Virus record (IMG/VR): IMGVR_UViG_3300030202_001345
Span: 858-64,857 of that record
Reading direction: 5' to 3' (one strand)
Origin: a virus
Lineage: Duplodnaviria > Caudoviricetes
DNA length: 64,000 bases
Shown here: piece after piece, positions 58,173 through 64,000 of the stretch
How positions within the stretch are numbered: the stretch's first letter is position 1
How the letters are laid out: each line of letters starts with the position of its first letter
The notes under the pieces: generated by a model
What the model saw: only the letters and a program-made list of their open reading frames with translations
Told to the model about the DNA's origin: nothing
Databases searched by the model: none
Position numbers and translations under genes: made by a program

Positions 58173-58612
58173 ATAAAAAAATTATTACTGACGATATAAT
58201 CGACGAAAGATTGGAAGCGCGTGGTGTAGAAATTGATCTTGACCATGATAAAGCTTTAGAAAAAATACAAGATCATTATGAGTTTAGACTAGTAAGTGAT
58301 TGGAATGGCACACCTGACTACAGTATATACACTGAAACCACAGCAGATGGTTACGAAGTATGGGTTGCTACAAGCGGTGATGGTAGAAATGTATGTATAA
58401 ATGAGGATGTACACTACTATGAAAACGACTTATCAGAGAAACTAGTTGAAGCTATGACTGATTACAACGAGTTAATCTATGTAGATGATCTTGAATCTTA
58501 TTATGTTCAGGACGCGGTTACAGAAGCATATGAGTCATACTATAACGACATGAAGCAAGAAGTTGAAAACGAATTAATAGAAGAAGGATATGAACACGAA
58601 AAGTCAAATTAA
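58169..58612 (+). CDS. Highly acidic early protein
   Basis: 147 aa, very D/E-rich. Confidence 0.6.
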   Translation: MNKKIITDDIIDERLEARGVEIDLDHDKALEKIQDHYEFRLVSDWNGTPDYSIYTETTADGYEVWVATSGDGRNVCINEDVHYYENDLSEKLVEAMTDYNELIYVDDLESYYVQDAVTEAYESYYNDMKQEVENELIEEGYEHEKSN

Positions 58613-58853
58613 GCCTAAGTGGTTTAAAGGTAGTTGGTACACCGAGGGTGATACAGTTACAAATCCCTTTAGTGGCGAGTCATATCCACTAACAGGGCCA
58701 GAGTTAAGTATATACGACTTTATACAAGGTATGAACTTTGTGTTCGCCGCAACACCAAGAAATGTAAATGAACAACAGTTAAAAGATTTTCATAAAGCTT
58801 TAAACTGGTTCAGAAAACATAATATAAAAGCATACATGGTCTTATTAGACTAA
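58590..58853 (+). CDS. Hypothetical protein
   Basis: VTNPFSGE..LSIYDFI..AYMVLLD. Confidence 0.6.
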   Translation: MNTKSQIKPKWFKGSWYTEGDTVTNPFSGESYPLTGPELSIYDFIQGMNFVFAATPRNVNEQQLKDFHKALNWFRKHNIKAYMVLLD

Positions 58854-58858
58854 AAAAT

Positions 58859-58932
58859 TGCGCTGTGGAGCAGTTGGTCAGCTCGCTAGGCTCATAACCT
58901 AGAGGTCGCAGGTTCGAATCCTGCTGGCGCAC
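58859..58932 (+). tRNA. tRNA-Met (CAT), initiator-like body
   Basis: Cloverleaf: TGCGCTG/TGGCGCA, D-stem GAGC/GCTC, CTAGG-CTCATAA-CCTAG, GCAGG-TTCGAAT-CCTGC; no encoded CCA. Confidence 0.9.
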
Positions 58933-58934
58933 CT

Positions 58935-59135
58935 ATGAAATTTATAAAATATACAATAGTATGGATAAGTCAAAATCTAGCTATCCCATTTTGGGTAGTT
59001 GGACATATACACTTGTCCATACACTCGTTTCATGATCTATACGAGCTTCTTGCTAGTATAGGCATGAACTTAATAGTATTAACCGGCTTTATTATAGATT
59101 ATAAAGCACAAAACACAAATAAAAATGGCAACTAG
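58935..59135 (+). CDS. Small two-TM membrane protein
   Basis: Hydrophobic with His cluster GHIHLSIH. Confidence 0.55.
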   Translation: MKFIKYTIVWISQNLAIPFWVVGHIHLSIHSFHDLYELLASIGMNLIVLTGFIIDYKAQNTNKNGN

Positions 59136-59583
59136 AAACTTAACAATGGTCGTAGATAGACGACACGCTGAGGAATCAGACCTTGGTTTTGCAGATAATC
59201 CCTCTGTATTTAATGACAAAAGCTATGTAAATATGTATTTACATCACGATGGTTATCCTGAATGGCAAGGTGTACAAATAGCAAATTGGCTACAAACTAA
59301 TCCTAGTCAAGATGGTAGCAGATTAGCCGCTAAATTAGTTCATGATATGTACTATGACAGCTGCTACTTATACTCTGATCTATTACACATAGACCATCAA
59401 TATACTTATATTATATGGTCAGGCAAAAAAGACAGATGGGTAAGCTGTTGGGACAACTACAATAGCTATAACGTGTTTGTTTTAAAACCAGAAAAAATTA
59501 TATCTAAATATATGGACGATATGGAATACACTGATTTTGCTAACGGAAATACAAGGTATGATAAAATTACAGACATAATATAA
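59125..59583 (+). CDS. Conserved phage hypothetical protein (MATR..YxHxDGYP type)
   Basis: MATRN...MYLHHDGYPEWQG. Confidence 0.6.
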   Translation: MATRNLTMVVDRRHAEESDLGFADNPSVFNDKSYVNMYLHHDGYPEWQGVQIANWLQTNPSQDGSRLAAKLVHDMYYDSCYLYSDLLHIDHQYTYIIWSGKKDRWVSCWDNYNSYNVFVLKPEKIISKYMDDMEYTDFANGNTRYDKITDII

Positions 59584-59598
59584 ATGAATTTGGATAAT
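59569..59598 (+). promoter_or_regulatory. Early promoter copy 7
   Basis: ACAGACA-N15-TGGATAAT. Confidence 0.75.
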
Positions 59599-59607
59599 AA
59601 TAATGAA

Positions 59608-59856
59608 ATGTTTGATTTAAGCAAGTTTGATGATTATATAGATCAGTTAACTGAGTTAGTATTTGCTCGTATTATAGATAAATACGGTGACATTTACCCA
59701 TTAAACTTTACAACAAATCAAGAAGAAATATTAGTAAGTGAATTAGCTAGACTACAAACACAGCTAGCTATGCTAGAAGATAGACAAGAGTACGAAAAAT
59801 GTGCTATTGTTAAAATGAGAATAACTAAAATTGAATTAAAATTAAAAAACCTATGA
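59608..59856 (+). CDS. Protein with UVR-like C-terminal hairpin
   Basis: EDRQEYEKCAIVK resembles the UvrB/C motif; start moved downstream of the promoter. Confidence 0.5.
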   Translation: MFDLSKFDDYIDQLTELVFARIIDKYGDIYPLNFTTNQEEILVSELARLQTQLAMLEDRQEYEKCAIVKMRITKIELKLKNL

Positions 59857-60683
59857 TAAAACCTATGCTTGCACACAAGTATGATGACAGTAGAGTTGAC
59901 TGGTCTAAACCTGTGTACATACAACCAAAGCTAGACGGTGTTCGATGTGTGTTTACTAAAGACGGCGCATACTCACGTACTAGTAAAGAATTTAAAAATC
60001 TAGCTCATATTGAAGCAGAATTAATACCGTTTTTCAAAGAACGACCAGATTTTGTACTTGATGGTGAGTTATATAATCACAACTTAAAAAATGATTTCGA
60101 AAAGATTATATCATTAGTTCGTAAGCAAAAACCTACAGCAGATGATAGACTAGAAGCTAGAAGATTAGTACAGTTTCATATTTACGATTATATAGATGGC
60201 CGCTACAATAGCTACAAAACTCGTATGCAAAGCCTAGCAACATCAGATCTATATAGTCCAAGTATACAATACGTGCCTGCAAAGCTAGTTGATAGTTATA
60301 ATTATGCTAGAGAATTACATCAAGAGTTTCTTGATCAAGGTTACGAAGGTTCTATCATAAGACTAGATGGCTTATACAAGCACGGTAGGTCTTACGATCT
60401 AATGAAATTTAAAGACTTCAGCGATACTGAAGCAACCATCATAGGTTATGAATTAGGTAAGGGTAAGAGACAAGGCACGCTCGGAAAGTTCATTATGTTA
60501 GATGACGAAGGTATACAGTTCGGTTGTCCGCCGGGCAAAGGTTATACCTACAAGGATTTAGCTAATATGTTACTGAAAGTTAATGACTACATAGGTCAGC
60601 GTGCTACCTTTACTTATTTTCAACGAACTAAAGCAGGTTCATACAGACACCCGCTATTCAAATGTATTAGAAATTATGAGTAA
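59853..60683 (+). CDS. ATP-dependent DNA ligase
   Basis: KPMLA, QPKLDGVR, LDGELY, YEGSIIR, LMKFK, YRHP. Confidence 0.95.
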   Translation: MIKPMLAHKYDDSRVDWSKPVYIQPKLDGVRCVFTKDGAYSRTSKEFKNLAHIEAELIPFFKERPDFVLDGELYNHNLKNDFEKIISLVRKQKPTADDRLEARRLVQFHIYDYIDGRYNSYKTRMQSLATSDLYSPSIQYVPAKLVDSYNYARELHQEFLDQGYEGSIIRLDGLYKHGRSYDLMKFKDFSDTEATIIGYELGKGKRQGTLGKFIMLDDEGIQFGCPPGKGYTYKDLANMLLKVNDYIGQRATFTYFQRTKAGSYRHPLFKCIRNYE

Positions 60684-60782
60684 AGTAATATGGAAATTAT
60701 ATAATGATAACATGATAAGTGAAGAGGTAGCTCATATCTTATTAGATGCTCATTACAATAGATTACAAAATAAAAGATATAA

Positions 60783-60947
60783 ATGAAAAAACTATGGAGA
60801 CACTGGGCAAGAGCTCTTGGTGAAAAAGTAGGGGAAAGTAACAAGGATGCAGATAAAGTAGCATTTTTTAGAACTTTAATTATATTACAGGCTATAATTG
60901 CTAACGCTTTTATTGTATGGAATATACTAAAACGATGGAATGAATGA
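60783..60947 (+). CDS. Small membrane protein (WxxWxxALGEK type), 54 aa
   Basis: Translated by hand as MKKLWRHWARALGEK..DADKVAFFRTLIIL. Confidence 0.55.
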   Translation: MKKLWRHWARALGEKVGESNKDADKVAFFRTLIILQAIIANAFIVWNILKRWNE

Positions 60948-61408
60948 ATATATTTTATTTACATAAGGATCCTGTAAAAGCTGCAGAGATGCAATACAAT
61001 AAGCATGTGGTTAAAATGATCTTAGAATCAGCCCAAATGCTTTGTACAGCACATAGATACTATGGTAATGAAGACGTGCCTTATAAAACAGCACATCTAA
61101 ACCATCCGTCAACTATATGGTGTAGACAAAACAGTAGACAATACGTGTGGTTATATAATCATATGATTGCTTTAGGTGAGGAGTATACAAAACGTTATGG
61201 TAAAGAGCATTTAACAATAACTAAATGCAAAATACCATTAATGTTCTTACCTCCTTTAATACCTTGTAATCAAGATTTTAATGAACCACCACAAGCTATG
61301 CCAGACGAGTATAAAGTCGAAGGTGATAGTATAACGGCTTATTGGAACTATTATATTGGTGACAAAAGCCATATAGCTAATATTAAAAAAGAAAAAATAT
61401 ATGAGTAA
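60944..61408 (+). CDS. Pyrimidine-dimer DNA glycosylase-like protein (DenV superfamily)
   Basis: MNIFYL..KHVVKMILESAQMLCTAH..HLNHPSTIW..EYTKRYGKEH..PQAMPDEYK. Confidence 0.75.
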   Translation: MNIFYLHKDPVKAAEMQYNKHVVKMILESAQMLCTAHRYYGNEDVPYKTAHLNHPSTIWCRQNSRQYVWLYNHMIALGEEYTKRYGKEHLTITKCKIPLMFLPPLIPCNQDFNEPPQAMPDEYKVEGDSITAYWNYYIGDKSHIANIKKEKIYE

Positions 61409-61443
61409 AAAACTAGTACAACACTTAATTAAAACAAATTTTT

Positions 61444-61647
61444 ATGGAATTGCTGATAAAATTAAAAAGGCGCAAAAGAAAAATACAACACGTAGAGTTT
61501 CTAAGAACGCAAATAAATAATCTACATAATCAGATAGTAATAGATACCATAAATGGTATTGATGCTTCTAATAAGGCTATATTAATTAAAAAGTATAATA
61601 GAAGATTAAATATAATAGAGGGCATGACAAATGCCTTAATAGTATAA
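61444..61647 (+). CDS. Hypothetical basic protein
   Basis: 67-aa ORF. Confidence 0.4.
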   Translation: MELLIKLKRRKRKIQHVEFLRTQINNLHNQIVIDTINGIDASNKAILIKKYNRRLNIIEGMTNALIV

Positions 61648-61667
61648 ATAGTAATAGGCTAATGTCA
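61625..61667. promoter_or_regulatory. 43-bp operator-like element, copy 2 (inverted), covering the HTH gene start
   Basis: Reverse complement aligns with 54181-54223. Confidence 0.6.
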
Positions 61668-62279
61668 CAAGATAGAAAAATGAAATGGTTAAATGATAGG
61701 AGGATAATATATCGTTATGACGGTATAGATCAACCTGACATTGAAACCAAACAGTATAAATACTATGAAAATGGTACATACAGCTGCTATCACTTGTTTA
61801 ATACTAAAGCAAAGATCACAACATACAAATCACTGAAATGGCATTTACTTGTATTGTTTTATCTAAATGAAGATAATGAATATAGTTCAAGCCCTTTCTT
61901 TGAGCATTTAGCTAGATTTATAGCTAAAAAAGATAATGGCTTTGTAACATTTTTTATAAGTGAAAAAGCTTTAAATGATATGATCATAGATGTATATCAA
62001 CATGGTGGTGATGCGCCTAAGAACAAGCTACGTAAAGTTATATTTAAACCGTACAATATGCTAACGCTTAATCAAAAGCTTAGTATTGTAGGTAAACTAA
62101 TTGGTAGACGTAGTATTTGTAAAGAAACAATTTACCAAGCTATGATTGACATATCAGAACATCGAAAGATTACAATGCGATGGCTTGCTGAGGTACTCGG
62201 TGTATCACAGAGAACAGTATACCGTCACATGTGTGATGAATTAAAACTCGCAAAACAAGAAATGAATGAGGAAATATAA
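61662..62279 (+). CDS. DNA-binding protein with C-terminal HTH (candidate origin-binding protein/regulator)
   Basis: ITMRWLAEVLGVSQRTVYRHM helix-turn-helix. Confidence 0.65.
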   Translation: MSQDRKMKWLNDRRIIYRYDGIDQPDIETKQYKYYENGTYSCYHLFNTKAKITTYKSLKWHLLVLFYLNEDNEYSSSPFFEHLARFIAKKDNGFVTFFISEKALNDMIIDVYQHGGDAPKNKLRKVIFKPYNMLTLNQKLSIVGKLIGRRSICKETIYQAMIDISEHRKITMRWLAEVLGVSQRTVYRHMCDELKLAKQEMNEEI

Positions 62280-63021
62280 TATACAAAACTATATTAGGTA
62301 TAAAGAAGATTTAAAATCTACAATGCCTAAAGAAAAATTTTATGATTATTACACCCGTGATGAAATGATAGTAAAGTTTATGCCATTGGTAGAAAACTTA
62401 GCTAGAAAATTTTCAACCGGAGATCAAGCTTCAGGTATACTTAGTATACTAGATTTATTGCAAATAGGCAACGAAGCTTTAACAAGAGCCGTAGATAAAC
62501 TAGAGTGGGACAAATTAACTGACTCTGAAGATATTGAAAAAACTCTTAAATCATTTTTTAGTAAACGTATCAAAGGTGCTATTCGTAGACGAATTGATAG
62601 ACATAGAGGTAATATGCGTATACCAGAACACAAGATGAATGAGATACGTAAAAACCCTAAAGATAAAAAAATGGTTGAAATGTTTTTTAATAGTATATTT
62701 TTATCTATTGATGCTCAACCATTGAATGAGGAAGGTGAATCTATGGTTCAACAACTTCCTGATAAGTCAGAACCTTACAATGTTGCTTTTTTAAATATAT
62801 ACTTAAAAAGTTTATTAAAGAAACATTTAAACGAAGTACAATATGAAGTACTAAGATTAAGCTATGGTTTAGACTGTGATAAGCACTCAGCTAAAGAAAT
62901 TGCAGCAAAATTACATATCAATGGAACAAGCAATTATGTGCGTGTTTCAGAGCTAAAAAAAGATGCTATAAATAAGCTGATTGAAAATGTCGATCACTCG
63001 CAAGTGCTTGACTATCTGTAA
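62266..63021 (+). CDS. Phage sigma70-family sigma factor
   Basis: Region 2 LVENLARKF..DLLQIGNEALTRAVDK..RIKGAI; MRIPEH; region 4 VLRLSYGL..SAKEIA..RVSELKKDAINKL. Confidence 0.88.
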   Translation: MRKYNIQNYIRYKEDLKSTMPKEKFYDYYTRDEMIVKFMPLVENLARKFSTGDQASGILSILDLLQIGNEALTRAVDKLEWDKLTDSEDIEKTLKSFFSKRIKGAIRRRIDRHRGNMRIPEHKMNEIRKNPKDKKMVEMFFNSIFLSIDAQPLNEEGESMVQQLPDKSEPYNVAFLNIYLKSLLKKHLNEVQYEVLRLSYGLDCDKHSAKEIAAKLHINGTSNYVRVSELKKDAINKLIENVDHSQVLDYL

Positions 63022-63030
63022 GTTATAAAT

Positions 63031-63060
63031 GTAAAACAATATATTTATGTGTAATTATAT
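63031..63060 (+). promoter_or_regulatory. Putative class-2 promoter GTAAAA-N14-GTAAT
   Basis: Directly after the sigma gene, heading the recombination genes. Confidence 0.5.
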
Positions 63061-63083
63061 AAGTATACCAAATACCTAGAATT

Positions 63084-63632
63084 ATGAATATAAACGAAAA
63101 ACTAACTGTCATTCAGACAAAGTTTAAATCTAAGAAATCTAGATTTAATTCATTCGGCAAATATTACTTTCGCAGTGCCGAAGACATTCTCGAAGCTATT
63201 AAACCCTTTGAAAAGGAGTTAGGTGTGTATGTTACAATTGGTGAAAAACTACTTGAAACAAGCCCTATGCCTATCATTGAGACAACAGCAACTATTTGTG
63301 ATGGTGAACATACTATTAATGCTACGGCTATAGTAGGTGTTGATCTGAATCAAAAAGGTATGCAAGTGCCTCAACAATTTGGAACAGCTTCAAGTTATGG
63401 AAAAAAATATGCGTTAGGAAATTTGTTCTTAATAGACGACACACAAGATAGTGACGCTACAAATGAACACGGTAAAAAGAAATTTACGCCAAAAAAACCA
63501 ACTTTAACCTCTAAAACAGATCCAGCTTATGAAAAAGCGGTTCAGTACGTAACAGCAGGTGGTAAAGTATCAGCTATAAAAGCTAAATATGCTCTATCTA
63601 AAGAAATAGAAGGAGCATTAACAACACTATAA
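63084..63632 (+). CDS. ERF-family single-strand annealing protein
   Basis: NSFGKYYFRSAEDILEAIKP..Q.FGTASSYGKKYALGNLFLIDD..DSD. Confidence 0.85.
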   Translation: MNINEKLTVIQTKFKSKKSRFNSFGKYYFRSAEDILEAIKPFEKELGVYVTIGEKLLETSPMPIIETTATICDGEHTINATAIVGVDLNQKGMQVPQQFGTASSYGKKYALGNLFLIDDTQDSDATNEHGKKKFTPKKPTLTSKTDPAYEKAVQYVTAGGKVSAIKAKYALSKEIEGALTTL

Positions 63633-63633
63633 T

Positions 63634-64000
63634 ATGAACAAAGAAAAAGCAATTGAAAAGCTACGTGATGACGAGCATTACTACGGACCTTTCGGTAAGA
63701 AATATCTAAGTAATTCTGACATCGGTACTTTGCTTACAAATCCTTTAGCTTTAGGAAAGCAGCAAGCAGCGCGACCTGCTTTTCTAGTTGGCGGATATTT
63801 TCACACAGCTATACTAGAGCCTGACAAGCTTAGTAAGTTTAAGATAATACAAAGTACAACTAGAAATACTAAAGCATACAAAGAGATGTCTGGTGGTGAA
63901 CTATGCTTGTTACAGCATGAAGTAGATGCTATAGAGTTAATGACAGATAAAATGTTAGCTAACAATATATGCAAAGGTTTAATACGTGATAGTAATACAG
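63634..64000 (+). CDS. Exonuclease VIII/RecE-like PD-(D/E)xK nuclease (5' part, truncated by window end)
   Basis: MNKEK..YY..YLSNSDI..AFLVGGYFHTAILEPDK. Confidence 0.65.
   Translation, partial: MNKEKAIEKLRDDEHYYGPFGKKYLSNSDIGTLLTNPLALGKQQAARPAFLVGGYFHTAILEPDKLSKFKIIQSTTRNTKAYKEMSGGELCLLQHEVDAIELMTDKMLANNICKGLIRDSNT

Noticed and set aside
54439-59598. Repeated TGGATAATAATATA as a CRISPR array
   Set aside because: Spacing is irregular (0.1-1.7 kb) with genes in between, and there are no cas genes; it behaves as a promoter
1-64000. Stop-codon reassignment, integrase/prophage, introns/inteins, DGR
   Set aside because: Genes are intact in the standard code; no integrase, reverse transcriptase or interrupted core genes were seen

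Overview
This window is most or nearly all of an AT-rich lytic dsDNA podovirus-like phage genome of the Bacteroidetes/Flavobacteriia type. Evidence: phi38:1/crAss-like portal, capsid and ring gene order, A-rich translation starts without Shine-Dalgarno, and standard code. Layout: (1) + strand replication/nucleotide arm, 1-8.4 kb: SSB, Twinkle/T7-type primase-helicase, thymidylate-synthase-fold enzyme with a dCMP-type Asp, MazG-type pyrophosphatases, endonuclease I, RNR beta and alpha. It ends at a bidirectional terminator. (2) - strand late arm, 8.5-54.1 kb: 2869-aa multidomain virion protein, ejection/tail proteins, MCP, scaffold, portal, TerL, holin, amidase, a cluster of small basic proteins, GroES/GroEL and four tail-fibre genes. 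(3) Non-coding divergence region, 54.1-54.6 kb. (4) + strand early/middle arm with many small ORFs, a tRNA-Met, ligase, DenV-like glycosylase, HTH protein, sigma factor, ERF recombinase and ExoVIII-like nuclease. Best leads: two ~100-nt tmRNA-like tRNA-domain-only RNAs with G3-U70 alanine identity, each preceded by another structured RNA; a 7-copy early promoter ACARACA-N15-TGGATAAT plus a possible sigma-region-2 domain inside the giant virion protein; a second promoter class; a 43-bp operator shared by the divergence region and the HTH gene start; a probable cytosine-modification pathway; microproteins; and a GC-rich multi-frame-open island in TerL. All family calls come from motif recognition by eye. 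No database search was run.
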